Part shown: piece by piece, positions 12,239-24,219 of the stretch | Numbering within the stretch: the first letter of the stretch is position 1 | Layout of the letters: each line of letters begins with the position of its first letter | Source: Paramoeba atlantica | Lineage: Eukaryota; Protista; Discosea | DNA length: 64,000 nt | Direction of reading: 5' to 3' | NCBI GenBank assembly: GCA_977017575.1 | Contig: CDRNVI010000058.1 | Span: 124,001 to 188,000 of the forward strand | Made by a program: the position numbers and the translations under genes | Notes under the pieces: generated by a model | What the model saw: only the letters and a program-made list of their open reading frames with translations | The model's database searches: none | Told to the model about the DNA's origin: nothing

Positions 12239-12450
12239 GGGAGGGGGTGGGGGTGGGGTGGGAGGTAAAGGGGTGAGGTGGGGAAGAGGGTAGAACTAGA
12301 GAAGGGAAAAGGTGGGTGGGAGAGGGTGTTGTGGTGGTTCAGGAGATAAAGTTTAGGGTAGGAAAGGAGATGGAAATACATTTAAAAAAATAAGGTTATG
12401 GCCTTGATCCATCAGATCAGATCAGATCAATATACCTGCATGAGTTGGAA

Positions 12451-15400
12451 TCACCCCGTAGCCGGGGACTCGGCGTGTGCCCCTATCCGCTCTTGTTGCT
12501 CCTTTTTAAGTTGCTCCAGTTCCTCTTCCGCGGTTTGCATTTGGGAAAAGAGCTTCTGTTTGAGCTCTGGAAAGCTCTTCAGCTGGTCCGCACTTAGACT
12601 TGCGTTTCCCTCCTTCTCCAAGTGCAGCATCAAGAACTTAATCGTTGCTGGGCGCTGGTAGGGTGGAAAATTCGCATAAGCCTGTAACAACCGGAACATG
12701 TTCGCTGGTGTCGACGAGCGTGCGGACTTATAGGCTCGAGAAAAAAGCGGGGCGAGCAGCCGAGAAGTGCCTAGTCGCATGACCGCAAAACATTCCAGAA
12801 TGTCTAAACTGAGACTCGAAGTTAGTGAGGTCTCCAAGTAGGCCAGCCGCGTATTCACCGCAGAGATGAGCTTATGGTTAAAGACGCGTGAAATCGTAAA
12901 CGCTTGCAGGATGACCACCGTCTCCTTGAGCGAGGCCCCACCGAGGTGTTCCTGTATGGTGGGCAACACCTCGTGACACAGCGCACTGCAGGGCTCTTGC
13001 AGCGTCGCAAAACCATGCAGCAGTAGATGTACCTCCGCCGTGGAGAGATGCTCTTTAAGCTCCAACACACGATGGGTAACAACCGCAAAGAGCTCTGCGT
13101 TTTTCACCGAGACGGTTGCGAATCCTTTCATTACGCTGCAGCAGGTGCGAAGGGAGAGGCTGGGGCCAAAGGCAATCGCCCGCAGCGCTAACTCGTCGAA
13201 AATATCTTTTGATGTCTTTAAGTTTACCGTAGAACATGTGTAGATCAGTTCCCCCACGTCGGCTTCTTTTAACTCTTGACGTTTGGCAAGCGCCAGGGTG
13301 ATTATCGAGCTGTAGGCCTCAGTGTCGCGAAAGCCCAGCTTGGAGAGACAAGTAAGGATGAGGACGAGATCTCTCCCACCAAAATGAGGGGCTAATTCAA
13401 TAATTCTTTTGGAATAGGAGTGCACCAGACGTTTGCTTCGCAGCGGCCGCAGTGCGGCTGCCGCGAGAAGGCGTAGTGTGTCCTTCGGGGAGCACTCCGA
13501 GGCAATGTTCAAACACCGATCAATGAGATTGGAAAGCGCGATGGTATTATCCGCATAAAGAGGCACTCGCATGTAGATTAGAAAAAGATTGACAAGCACG
13601 GTGGGGTGAGTATTTCGGCGGGTGGCAGAGGTCTCGATCTCGGATCGCATCGTCGTAAACACGGCATGACCGGCCATATCCATCGTCGCAAGACAGCGCA
13701 GTGCCTTGCATAGATCCGCACTGTTCATCTCTTTTCCATGCGTTGCTACATAGTCTGCCAGTGTCGATATGAAAGACTTTTCGAGATAAGTGGATTCCCC
13801 TGCTTCGATAGCTTGGAGGAAAACAAGAAAATGGCTAGGTTTGAGAGTGTGCAAATGCTTCGTGACAAACTTGGAAAGTGTTTGAGCAGAACTTGCCTTG
13901 TTTTCCCCTTCCGCGCAAAAACATGCGTTTATGGCAATAAACACCACCTCATCGGAGCTTTCGAGTTGCTCTGAATGTTCAATTAGGTGCTGCAGATAAT
14001 GTCGCATAGGAGTGGTGGGAAGTAGTCCTAAGTCAAGGCAGTTCCGCAACAAATTCAGTTTAGCTGCACGTGAAAGGTATTTGTCGTCGGTTTCAAATAA
14101 CGGGGATATTTTATCCACAAAGGCTGTAAAGACATTACCTTGTCGAAGAGGACTTTCTTTCAATTCATCCGCGACAGAACGGAGGAGATGAAGCAGAAGT
14201 TCAAGAACGCACATGTTAACTCCGGAAATGAAACGTACTTCTTTCTTCAGAGGTGCACGATGAGAACACATTTTTTGTATGTCTTCGAATCGTTCATTTT
14301 CCGAATTTGCATCGAGCACGTTGAGCTGCAATGCTCGTTTGGTCAACCGGAAAGCAGTCTTTAGATTTATAGTAATCTCGGACAGCGTCTCATGCATCCA
14401 GCAGACCAACTCAAACCAGTCCGCAGCACTCTGTACGCGAGAGCTGCGTTGCTCGTAATTCTTCAATAGCCTTTCGTTCGGAAGACCAATCTTCTTATCA
14501 ATGCAGACGCGCAGAAAGGTTTGAATTTGTGGCCACGTCATGAGATCTGTGTTTAAATGTTCCAAAAATCGATGAACCACATCACGTTTGAATGGTGGGT
14601 ACGAAAAAATATGCAAAAGTAACGGCAAAGGAAGCGTAAATTTTAGCCCGAGAACTCTAGTCTCCAAATGTGCGTTAATTCGAACATGCTCTGTGTGTCC
14701 GCTGACATTCAGGCATTCGATGATACGAGCCACGTCCATCGGATCCACGACTTGCCTCCAGTGAATGCAAAGTTTCTCGCAAAGTAGTTGAACTGTTTGC
14801 CTGTCACCTATGTGATTCTGATGCAAAACGGTTAAAACGGGAAAGCCTTTGCAGAGTACCGAAATGCGCATCATTTTAAGATATCCGACGGCAAATTTCA
14901 TAATGTCGGACAGCATCTCGACGACTGCCCTTCTTGTCTCACCGGAAATGCTGAGCGTGTCAGCGGCTTGTAAAAGTACTTTGGCGAGTGAGCCTGCGGA
15001 TTCCAAGGCGTGCGAAGTTGATTCTGGTCCTGGAGTCTTGTGCCACCAGAGAAAAGTGGTCCGAAAATACGGGACCAGACCATCTAACTCATCGGCTCCA
15101 TAAATTTCACATAAAAGATTCAGATAAGATGCAAGTAAATGATGAGATAGGCCTTGGAGGTCTTCTACGTGACTTGGCCAATGTGAAAGCGGTTTCAACT
15201 TTGGTGTCTCCTCGGTTTCGGATGTAGTCGCTGGACTACCGGTTTTTGGGCTCTCTAAATCTTTTTTAGCAAGGTTTTCTAACTCAGCAACGAGTTGTGG
15301 AAGGTTATTTAGTTTTTTGCTTTGCACTTCCGGTGTAGAACTCGAGTAAAAACGCAATCCAATTCCTTGAAAATTATGTTTCGAAGACTTCAAACGCATC

Positions 15401-15675
15401 TTGTTTGATTGGAAAGAAAATGGAAAGGCATTTAAAGAAGAGAAGACATTCTTCGAATATAAATTTAGAAAGTGAAGAAAAGTTTCCTTATGAGGACGCG
15501 AGCCGACGGCACAACTGTGCACAAACGTGGTGTTCGGGATACACGAAATATTAGGAGTTCGGATTCGTATTTGTCGTTCTAGGTGCTCACAAGAGGGTGA
15601 ACAAGTGCATAGAGACATAACGTTAATCGATTTCGTTTTCCACGATAAAGGCATCGTAGGGACAGAACACGGCAT
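12451..15675 (-). CDS. Large helical-repeat (FASTK/OPR-like) mitochondrial protein; likely start ATG 15399
   Basis: About 1000-aa ORF; MRLKSSKHNFQGIGLRFYSS presequence-like segment; tandem repeats of about 36-38 aa (DLVLILTCLSKLGFRD, CCSVMKGFATVSVKN, EVHLLLHGFATLQ). Confidence 0.7.
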   Translation of the reverse strand: MPCSVPTMPLSWKTKSINVMSLCTCSPSCEHLERQIRIRTPNISCIPNTTFVHSCAVGSRPHKETFLHFLNLYSKNVFSSLNAFPFSFQSNKMRLKSSKHNFQGIGLRFYSSSTPEVQSKKLNNLPQLVAELENLAKKDLESPKTGSPATTSETEETPKLKPLSHWPSHVEDLQGLSHHLLASYLNLLCEIYGADELDGLVPYFRTTFLWWHKTPGPESTSHALESAGSLAKVLLQAADTLSISGETRRAVVEMLSDIMKFAVGYLKMMRISVLCKGFPVLTVLHQNHIGDRQTVQLLCEKLCIHWRQVVDPMDVARIIECLNVSGHTEHVRINAHLETRVLGLKFTLPLPLLLHIFSYPPFKRDVVHRFLEHLNTDLMTWPQIQTFLRVCIDKKIGLPNERLLKNYEQRSSRVQSAADWFELVCWMHETLSEITINLKTAFRLTKRALQLNVLDANSENERFEDIQKMCSHRAPLKKEVRFISGVNMCVLELLLHLLRSVADELKESPLRQGNVFTAFVDKISPLFETDDKYLSRAAKLNLLRNCLDLGLLPTTPMRHYLQHLIEHSEQLESSDEVVFIAINACFCAEGENKASSAQTLSKFVTKHLHTLKPSHFLVFLQAIEAGESTYLEKSFISTLADYVATHGKEMNSADLCKALRCLATMDMAGHAVFTTMRSEIETSATRRNTHPTVLVNLFLIYMRVPLYADNTIALSNLIDRCLNIASECSPKDTLRLLAAAALRPLRSKRLVHSYSKRIIELAPHFGGRDLVLILTCLSKLGFRDTEAYSSIITLALAKRQELKEADVGELIYTCSTVNLKTSKDIFDELALRAIAFGPSLSLRTCCSVMKGFATVSVKNAELFAVVTHRVLELKEHLSTAEVHLLLHGFATLQEPCSALCHEVLPTIQEHLGGASLKETVVILQAFTISRVFNHKLISAVNTRLAYLETSLTSSLSLDILECFAVMRLGTSRLLAPLFSRAYKSARSSTPANMFRLLQAYANFPPYQRPATIKFLMLHLEKEGNASLSADQLKSFPELKQKLFSQMQTAEEELEQLKKEQQERIGAHAESPATG

Positions 15676-16052
15676 GCGGGTACTGATGCAAAGAAATGTT
15701 TGCGGTCAAGCCTGGTAGATTTCGTTGTTATGCAATCAGAAGTCACTAAATCATGATTTCATAGTAAGTGAGATCGTGAAACAGTTGTAAAGCATTTCTT
15801 GATACTATGCGGGCCGTATTCTAGTGAAAAACCAAAAGAATAGTACAAAATATTAATCAGTCAAAAAGAGGACAGATAGAAGTTTTTATATCAATATCAC
15901 TTTAGTAATCTTTACATAAGAGGCCTATGCTATGGTTGACCCGAGAATAATTTCTTCAACTTGCAAACTGTGTGCACTTTACTGCAATCCTCTTAGCGCT
16001 TAGAATCTTTTTACCTTCCGAAAAATGAAAACGAACGGTGCGTGCATGCCGA

Positions 16053-16226
16053 TTATGAGTATTTTGTCCATCCAAGACTAGTGGCGTGTTGTCGAAAACA
16101 TTTCCGGCAGCAATACAAACCATATTTGCGAATGAGACCTTTCTCAACACTGCACATGCGACACTGGCGACTACCTTTGCCTACGTGTAGAGCCTGACGA
16201 GTTTTCCAAATATCGGCGTGAACCAT
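16053..16226 (-). CDS. RPS29: 40S ribosomal protein S29 (uS14), 57 aa
   Basis: Manual translation [57 protein letters not shown], with the GKGSR-CxxC...GLIRKYGL-CRxCFR signature. Below the ORF-track size cutoff. Confidence 0.95.
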   Translation of the reverse strand: MVHADIWKTRQALHVGKGSRQCRMCSVEKGLIRKYGLYCCRKCFRQHATSLGWTKYS

Positions 16227-16535
16227 TTTCCGTAAAATTACGTGCTATCAAAAAATCAATATAAAGAAAAAAAAATGTGTTGAATCTTTTGAATATTTTT
16301 CTGATTACCTTACAATAGCAGCACTTGGTTCTTGAATTACATGAATGAGCTACATGAATGAGTTACATGGAAGGGACACCTGCGAAAAACTACAATTTTC
16401 AAAACTATCTCTCCAATATGATGCAACTCCTTACAGATTTGTCTTGAGTCGACATTTCCGCAAAAAGCAAAAGCTTCTCGAGATAGATAAAGAAAAGGAA
16501 AAAAAGAACAATACAGCTTTACCTATTGGAACGCC

Positions 16536-16859
16536 TTAACTGACATTTACTAGAGAGGACTCACTCGTTTCTCGTAAATCACTGTCCTCCATACGTACCA
16601 TGGCGGTGCTTGGAATCATACACATGGACAAAAAGCGTTCTCGAATAAACATACTATTATTTTGTGTCATTTCCGCATTTTCGTTGGAGTTTCCTACATC
16701 GTCCTCTGCTGGGATCGGCGGAAGAGACTCCCACGCCTCACTTAGAATCACGTGACCATCACAGTCATAACTCGCAATGACGCCTCGAAAGACCCTACCG
16801 TCCGTAATGGTTATGTGCACTCGGCGTCCTAGAAAAGTCTTTGACATTCTTGTGCGCAA
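16536..16859 (-). CDS. Sm/LSm-fold protein, NAA38/Mak31-like
   Basis: Sm1 (VHITITDGRVFRGVIASYDCDGHVILSEAWE) and Sm2 (ERFLSMCMIP) motifs. Confidence 0.8.
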   Translation of the reverse strand: MRTRMSKTFLGRRVHITITDGRVFRGVIASYDCDGHVILSEAWESLPPIPAEDDVGNSNENAEMTQNNSMFIRERFLSMCMIPSTAMVRMEDSDLRETSESSLVNVS

Positions 16860-17055
16860 GTTAGGAGGTAAACCTCATGATAATATGTATAAAATTCTGG
16901 AAAAAGCAAATCGTATATTTTCTACAAATTAATTTTACAAACAAAAGAGATAAATATACAAGTAAATTGGTTTGAACCGTAGTATCCTGAATTTGACAAA
17001 GAAATACCAAACAATACTTCGAAAAAACATCGAACAATTCTTTTTCAAATTCACC

Positions 17056-19143
17056 TCATCTTGCCGTTTCCTCCTGAACTGGTTTGTCCTGAACAAAACC
17101 GGTCATTTCCACGGGCGCGTACTTACCACCACTGTGTTTCAAATCGTAGTAGTAACACACATAAATGGTATCAATACACACGGCATAGACCTGGAAAAAC
17201 ACACAGGACATAAAATAACACACAACGGCAATAAACACAAGAGGGAGTACCGTACTTTGCTCGCTTACAAACGATTCCTCACAGAATATTCCCCGCTGCA
17301 GGAGCAAATGGCTGCACAGGACACAGGAAAAAACAACCAGCATTTTGCCTAACCCAATCACGACCCCTTCCACGGCACTGAGCACCACAGCAGTCGCAAT
17401 ATTATCCAAAATAATATGAAAAGCCTCTCGGGCAGCGGAACAGAAACACTGGGAGGTAATACACATCACAATGTAACCGTTACGTGAGATCACTTTGAGA
17501 AACTTTTCAAAACAAGCGAGTAAGCATTCCGCGATGCAGGAGAAAAACCGGTTCACGTTGGGCCGGCCCGCGACCTTCTCGGCTTGTGTGGCAATCAGTC
17601 GCATCGCAATGCGTAGCATTTGAACCAAAGCAATGAGTAACGTCCCAAGCGCGAGCGTCCCGGCATGATACCCGAGTGTCCAGCACGTTGCTCGGGCAAT
17701 GGATCCATAGGGGAGATATTTATGCGTCGACGCCTGGGCTTCTCTTTTCTCTGGAGATGAAGCCATCACCGAGGGACAGCTAAAATACCAAAATACGGTA
17801 CAAAAGGCCAGAATGGTAAACCCCACAGCCGTGACAAACCCCAGTGACCACAAAGCCCCGAAAAGCGTGTAGACATACAAATAGGGTCGGTAGAGGTCGT
17901 CACAGACAAATCCCCCAATGTTATAGCTCTCCTCCATAGTTTGATTGCCCCACGAGAAGGTTGAATTTCGTATGGAAAACGGAATTTGCACCGTATGGGA
18001 ACAATCCGAGGTGTAGAGAAACAACCCGACGCCTGCGGACCACACCACAATGAGCAACTGGACCGCGGAGGTCACCAGCGACACCCCCACCATCGAGGGG
18101 GCCGCGGAGAGCACGCGCCCGCCCATACGAATCATATCACACGCGGTGTCCACATGTCGCGCAAACCAAAACATGAGCAGAACGTAAACCAACGTGGTGG
18201 CCGCGAGACCATACGAACTGAGGCGCCAGAATTGAGCCGACTGCGTGGAGAAAAGCGAAATCGAGGCCTGCGGGGTGCGCGCTGGATTCGCCATGGCCTC
18301 TGCCTGGGTGTGGAGGTACCACGTGAGCAGGAGAAACAGCAGCAGCACGAGCACGATACTCAGCCACACGAGGGGCTTCACCGCGAGACGCATCAGTTGG
18401 ATGTAGAGCACACTGAGGAGCACACAGAGCGCCGCGGAGAGGAGCAGAACTCTCCAGCAGTCACAGAGCTCGGAGAGGCCTTGGGTTAAGACTCCGGAGA
18501 TTTGCATCGCGTAGGGAATTTGGGAGAGATAGGGGGAGAGGGTATCGGTGGGGAGCCTTTGGGGCACACAGCGATGGGCAAAGGTTTGGGTGTCGTAGGT
18601 GATGGGGTAATACGCAGGAATGTACCACGGAAGAGCGGAATGGTTGGAGTGGGGGTCGCGCGAGTGACGGGGGACATCTCCGTAGGTGTAGACTTTTTGA
18701 GATTCCGGTAAAAAGAGGGCTGAAAATGGGCTTTGAGCGTTGTGAAAAGGCTCAGGGCATTGACGCACACACAGCGCACGCTGTACCCCTTGGTAGGCCA
18801 TGGCCAGCACGGTGTTTGTGTCGTTGGAGGAGGCCAACGCCTTTTCCGGGGCAAGCGGTACCCATAAATGCGTATTCTCCTCCCATCGTTGACTTTGGTA
18901 CACACTTTGGTCCGGGATGTGGTTGGAAAACTCCGGGGGTCCGGTTCCCTTGCCACAGACATAGCCGAGGTAGTCCGTGCCATAGAGTAGACGGTTGGGA
19001 TCCCCGGATTTAAGGCTCAGTCCTCCGAGTACAAGGAAACCGACCCAAAACACAACGAACAGGACAAGAAAGAAAACATCCGTACAGCTTCGATGGGTGA
19101 CGTAGGTGGAGGGGAGTTTGTTGTCACCCCCGCAGCAGAGCAT
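17056..19143 (-). CDS. Choline transporter-like protein (CTL/SLC44)
   Basis: RSCTDVFFLVLF, LLYGTDYLGYVCG, YHAGTLALGTLLIA, LKVISRNGYI, FCSAAREAF and VCIDTIYVCY. Confidence 0.9.
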   Translation of the reverse strand: MLCCGGDNKLPSTYVTHRSCTDVFFLVLFVVFWVGFLVLGGLSLKSGDPNRLLYGTDYLGYVCGKGTGPPEFSNHIPDQSVYQSQRWEENTHLWVPLAPEKALASSNDTNTVLAMAYQGVQRALCVRQCPEPFHNAQSPFSALFLPESQKVYTYGDVPRHSRDPHSNHSALPWYIPAYYPITYDTQTFAHRCVPQRLPTDTLSPYLSQIPYAMQISGVLTQGLSELCDCWRVLLLSAALCVLLSVLYIQLMRLAVKPLVWLSIVLVLLLFLLLTWYLHTQAEAMANPARTPQASISLFSTQSAQFWRLSSYGLAATTLVYVLLMFWFARHVDTACDMIRMGGRVLSAAPSMVGVSLVTSAVQLLIVVWSAGVGLFLYTSDCSHTVQIPFSIRNSTFSWGNQTMEESYNIGGFVCDDLYRPYLYVYTLFGALWSLGFVTAVGFTILAFCTVFWYFSCPSVMASSPEKREAQASTHKYLPYGSIARATCWTLGYHAGTLALGTLLIALVQMLRIAMRLIATQAEKVAGRPNVNRFFSCIAECLLACFEKFLKVISRNGYIVMCITSQCFCSAAREAFHIILDNIATAVVLSAVEGVVIGLGKMLVVFSCVLCSHLLLQRGIFCEESFVSEQSTVLPLVFIAVVCYFMSCVFFQVYAVCIDTIYVCYYYDLKHSGGKYAPVEMTGFVQDKPVQEETAR

Positions 19144-19421
19144 GGCGTCCGGAGCACGTGTGGGGGATTCTTCTTATGCAGGAAGAAGATTTACAGCGTT
19201 TGGTTTATAAAGGCGATATGGTTTTGCCAGGCCCGTGCTTCATGGTTGGTTTTGCATGGGGAGGAATAGAGAATAGTTCTAGACTCGATAAGATAGAGAA
19301 AAAACGATGAATCACAAAATGGACGGTTTTTAACGAAACATAACTCAAAGACTTATGATTTTAACACAACCTGATGTACAAAAACCTATCAAGCACTAAA
19401 GTAGATGGAGTCTACTTTTCT

Positions 19422-20243
19422 CTAAATTTCAACTGTGGCAGCGACAACAAAATTGCTCCAGTCCGCGTCTTGAAACGCAGCCTTGTCTTCCTCCGCCTGC
19501 TGTGTTTCCTGGTTTTCCTTTACCCTGGTTTTCTCCCTCTGCCACAGCGCACTGTCCCAGCAACGCGCCAGCAGCTCATCGGGGCGGCATGTGCTCTGCG
19601 TCTCCAACGCTTCCACGAGACCACCGGAGGGTCGCAAAATACGCTGGTAGGATTCAAACAAATGCCGAAAGAGATGAAACCTTGGGTGTCCATCTTTTAG
19701 AAAATCAAAATAGGGGTTTCGCTTTTCATGCGTCATCAGGGCGTGCATGAACTCCTCTCCGTAGATGACCAGATACTGGGCGGTGTGTTTCATCAGCTCC
19801 AATGTAGTAAGGCAGATTTCATTCCCTGTGGGACTGAAATCCGCATCTAGACTGTGGATAAGGGGGAGGGGGTCGGTAGCAGGAACAGGCCGCTCCTCGT
19901 TTAGCATCGCGCAGAGAAGAGAATGGGTTTGTGTTTCGGGTGATACGAAAGATGAAATTGTGGTCGTCCCCGATGGCTGAGTAGCTTGAGGTGTCGTATC
20001 CACAACGGGGGTTTGGTCCCGTAACTCTTGTTTGTATTCCTCCACTTTTTGACGGTAGTACGCGTGGTAGGGGTTTTCGGGCTTCAAAAAGCTAAACGTT
20101 ACGTTGGTCATGATGGTTCGATTCGCAAGAAGCCCGTACTCGAATTTTTCACCTTTCTCAGCAACCCTCTTGGCTGTTTTATCGACCGTCTCCCGAGTGC
20201 TCGGAGGGGGAAGAATCACGCGGGAGGAAGGGGCAGCGCTCAT
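19422..20243 (-). CDS. SF3A1: Splicing factor 3A subunit 1 / Prp21 (two SURP domains)
   Basis: PPPSTRETVDKTAKRVAEKGEKFE...FSFLKPENPYHAYY; a second SURP (TAQYLVIYGEEF...YFDFLK); DWSNFVVAATVE. Confidence 0.85.
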   Translation of the reverse strand: MSAAPSSRVILPPPSTRETVDKTAKRVAEKGEKFEYGLLANRTIMTNVTFSFLKPENPYHAYYRQKVEEYKQELRDQTPVVDTTPQATQPSGTTTISSFVSPETQTHSLLCAMLNEERPVPATDPLPLIHSLDADFSPTGNEICLTTLELMKHTAQYLVIYGEEFMHALMTHEKRNPYFDFLKDGHPRFHLFRHLFESYQRILRPSGGLVEALETQSTCRPDELLARCWDSALWQREKTRVKENQETQQAEEDKAAFQDADWSNFVVAATVEI

Positions 20244-20490
20244 TGTTTAAAAAAAGTAGACTGGGTTAAAAAAATCTACCAAATGATGTTTGAGTTTTGT
20301 GGGGCATTGAATGTGTCTATCAAATCTGAATATTTCAAAGGTACTGACCCATCCTTTAATTACATTTAAATTGGTATGCAAGCCCATAAAAACAAACATT
20401 TGTGAACCATAAAGCACAAACCTACATGAAGAACACAGCAATTTACTGCATTACGTCTGTTTTGCCCCTTTTCACACCCCCTTATTGCCC

Positions 20491-21009
20491 CTATTTCGCC
20501 CGACAAACCTCCGGGATCGTAAACTTCCCGGCCTGGTTATTCATCAGCAGCGCAATAATCAGCCCATACAACCCCAAAGCCTCTCCAAAAATCAACATTA
20601 AAATCATAGCCACAAAAATCCGGTCCTGCCGCGCGTACGCCCGCACCGAGGTATCCCCAACTATCCCAATCGCAAACCCCGCGGCCAGGGAGGACAACCC
20701 GGCCGCGAGTCCGGCCCCAAAATGCATATACCCCGCAAAGGCGGAGTAGGTCCCGTCGACGCGAATACTGCTGTTGATAATCACCGCAACAATGAGCCCA
20801 TAAATCCCTAGAATCCCTGCCATCACGACGGGGACGATCCCACGCATAATACGCTCGTGGTGGAGCACCCCGAGGTGGGCGACCCCGACCCCGGACTTGG
20901 CAGTGCCGTAGGCGGAGCCGAGATTGGCAAAGACAAGCGCAGCGGTCGCCCCCATGGCCCCGAAGAAGGCCGCAGAGGGGGGGAAGAGTTTGTCACAGAT
21001 CTCAGACAT
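20491..21009 (-). CDS. VMA3: V-type H+-ATPase 16-kDa proteolipid subunit c
   Basis: [26 protein letters not shown] and [14 protein letters not shown]-type motif with the conserved Glu. Confidence 0.95.
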   Translation of the reverse strand: MSEICDKLFPPSAAFFGAMGATAALVFANLGSAYGTAKSGVGVAHLGVLHHERIMRGIVPVVMAGILGIYGLIVAVIINSSIRVDGTYSAFAGYMHFGAGLAAGLSSLAAGFAIGIVGDTSVRAYARQDRIFVAMILMLIFGEALGLYGLIIALLMNNQAGKFTIPEVCRAK

Positions 21010-21347
21010 GGAGGAGAAGGAGGGAGGAGATAAAGAAAGAATTCTAAAGGAATATCAAGAGGGTGAGTTACAAGGTGTGTTTTGCAATACATACCGTGTT
21101 GGACAAACACGTCTTGTTTTACGTCCTACTTACGTGTGGACAAGAGTTTTTGGACAAGAGTTTAAAAAAAATATCATTCAGGATTGCTCTTCCCCTCCTT
21201 ACGCAGGCTGCATCTTGCACCTTTTGTTAGTAAGAGCACAACTTTCCTGACGTACAGACTAACTCATAGCCCTAGCTACTAGTTTTACAGCACTAAGGGA
21301 GCAGGGGAACCCAAGTTTGACCATTATAGAATGTACCCAAGAGAAAG

Positions 21348-23391
21348 ATGGACACCCGCCCGGTTTCTCATTTTCATCATCGAATAGCTTTTTCGTCGCT
21401 CTGCGAAATCTTTCTGTCCCTATTTTGCAATGCACAAGGTGCAAATGCTACCTACACTGAGCCGTCAACTGGTCTCCGCGAACTGCCCTCTGCCCAGGAC
21501 ACGCAAATTGATTACTCAAATTGGCGCACGAGACTTGTTCGTCCTCTGTGTACTGGCTGTCCCGCTTTTAATTGTGTATCTTGCTGGCGCAGTGTAAGGT
21601 CGCGATGCTGAAGAGTGGATGCGGAGTCACGATACGTTCAGTCCGACGAACTGTCACTTGCACGGTATTGGTTTCATGTCGGACGTTGTCTGGCGATCCT
21701 CATCTTACCATTTGTACTAATCGAGAGCCCGGAAAGGTAAATCATTGCCGAATAAAGAAATGCAAGTGGGCACCTTATTAACACCCCGTCACGATAAGTG
21801 ACCATAGGCTAATTTTTGGTATATGAGGCCGTTTTATCTAATTTTTGTAGCATTTTGCAGATCTCATTGCCCAATTTCTTGGAGACACACACTTGGTGCA
21901 AATGCTGAACAATTGCATCTGGTGGGTGTTACTTACCATTTTTTTTTTCACCTTTTTACCACTTTGCTTGATTTGTTATAGTGTGTAAACACAGTTCGTG
22001 TGGACAATATGGCCTATTAGGCGAACATCTCAGCGTCAACGTCATAGAAATCGGATTCAGAAAACTCAACGAGCGGAAACCAAAGCACCCTAGCGGCGAC
22101 GGGAGCGGAAAAAGCGGCCATCCGGAATCAGTAAACTCCGATACTCACGCAAACTCGCCGTCGACAAAAGGGAATCATGGCTGTGGAACCGAGACATTTC
22201 CGGATCCAAAGGATCTACGATTGAAGGGATACAAATGGGTTGAAAATGGGTATGTTCGTGACCCCTACGCTTTCGATGTTTTTTCGGACGAACCAATCTT
22301 CCTGACGGCTGAGCAAGTCTACTTTTTCGAGTGTGATAGTCCAGAAATTCACATCAAAGAGTTGGAGACGGAGTTATCTCCGAATCCCCGACGCGTAGAA
22401 TTCTCGACTCCATTCGACGAAAGTCGGAACGCGACCGAAGTGACTGGAAACGCAAGTAACAGACTCTCGATGTCAAACGGAAATTCACAAGTCCTCTCCC
22501 ATTCCCCTTCGAACCACCCGCAGAACTCTTATTGGATAAGGTGTCGGAAGTTAAATTCCATGGATCAACGCAGTTGAAGACGGAGGTTTTAGAACAAGAA
22601 ATCTGATACGTGAGTTGCGGGATGCACCAGAATTTGGCTTACGCCCCAATTTGTATTTTTCGGATCGATCATTTGTCAAACAGAAAGAGCGTTTTTTGAT
22701 ACACTTTTCTGCAAGTGGATTTTATTTGCACCTGTGACGCAAGGATGGGACCAAGAAGTGTACCTTGAAATGGGAGCTTGCAGCACTCCGCAAAGATCAA
22801 GTTGCTAAATGCGAGTTTGGACGGATTCAGGTGGACGAGACGTTTATCGGAAAGCGGAAATACAACCGGGGACGACCTCAGCGTAAACGAGGGTGGTGGT
22901 TTGCGACAGTGACGGAGTCCAGAGGGACAGGTAAGACTGGGCGGACGCACTGGAAATTAGTGAAGCGCCGTGACAAACCCACGCTACACGGCTTCATTAT
23001 ACCCCACTTGGCAAGTGCGCGTTCTGTCCTGGTCAGCGATTGTTAGGGAGCCTACAATGGCCTCGACCAAGTGTGCCCACATTACTCCGTCACAGTAAGG
23101 AATTTGTGAATGAAAGAGGGTACCATACGAATGGTGCCGAGAGCGTACACAATACAATCAAGTATTGGGCGCGCTTGCAACACTACAACTTCGGGGCGAC
23201 TAGTTTGGAGTTGCGCTGCAACGTTGCATGCGTCATGTATGGCGACACGCATGATGGTCGGGAAGTCTCACGGCAGAATCGCTTTGCCAATCTCTTGGAA
23301 TGTATTCGTGAGCACTTTACATTCCCTCCCGAAGAGTCTGATGAAGTCAGCTGCGACAGTTGCGCGTCTGAGTATGATGAGTAATACGTAA
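21348..23391 (+). mobile_element. Degenerate Merlin/IS1595-family transposon, copy 1 (N-terminus 21348-21775, catalytic part 22765-23391, unrelated DNA between)
   Basis: CTGCPAFNC and DAEEWM...CTNREPG match the N-termini of copies 2 and 3. IQVDETFIGKRKYNRGR, VLVSDC* (TGG to TAG) and HSKEFV...HTNGAES follow; stops and frameshifts present. Confidence 0.85.
21981..22577 (+). other. 198-codon orphan ORF inside the segment that interrupts Merlin copy 1
   Basis: ORF track only (GTG start); no motif recognised. Confidence 0.25.
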
Positions 23392-23479
23392 AATTCGGAA
23401 CGTCTGTACATATTTCTTTTTTTCTCCAATACTCTGTACGTATGCGTTTATGCTTAGTTTACAAAAAAAAAAAAAGACC

Positions 23480-24146
23480 TACGTGGCTTCAGTTTCCTTT
23501 GCCGCGCCTAAAGACGGTTGGAACCCGATGGAAGCACCAGGCTTTAAGGCTGCAGTGCGAGACGTTAACAGGAAAGCAGGGGCCGGCTTATCAACACGGA
23601 GACAGGAAAATTCATCAGCCCACCCCCTGCCCCGAGAGGACGTCCTTCCAACCCGTCTTTCCCTCCAAAGCTCAACTCTTCCGCTCACGCCACTTCCGAC
23701 ACCTTCGGACAGCCTGCTCACCCCGACCTGGAAATTGACCTAGACGTCGACCCACGGGACTGGGATGAACGCTCGATTCCGCATCAGGAAACCATCGTAC
23801 ACACAATTGCCGAACATAAATTCCGTCTTGCCTACAATGCTGCGGATACGAGAACGCGCACTCGATGGACGTCACAATCCGGGAAAGGGGCGAGTAGTTG
23901 AGCATTCGTAACGCCACCCCAAGACATTTCCCCTTCACTCCTTCAGAATTCCTGAAGCTGCCACCATCTCTGGTGCGATGGTGGCTCGGGGAGAATATTT
24001 ACGTCGAAACACCCCCTTGCCCTGCCCTGGAGGTGCTCCCTTCCGTTGAGCCTTAACGGCGATCACGCCCTAATGTGTAATCACGGCCAGACAACGCTAC
24101 CACAGCCAGACACAACGCCCTCGTTGAAAAACAGCTCGCACCATCT
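23480..24146 (+). mobile_element. CRE-clade non-LTR retrotransposon remnant (C-terminal zinc-knuckle region)
   Basis: Frameshifted RTRTRWTSQSGKGAS, RCSLPLSLNGDHALMCNHG and HNALVEKQL resemble the CRE C-terminal CCHC region. Confidence 0.6.
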
Positions 24147-24219
24147 TTTATTTTAAGACCATCTTCTATATTTTAAGACTATCTTTTATTTTAATTTGTT
24201 TTAAAATATTATGGCGGAT

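Noticed and set aside
21781-21805. ccgtcacgataagtgacc as a TIR of the segment interrupting Merlin copy 1
   Set aside because: No inverted partner found near 22600-22760.
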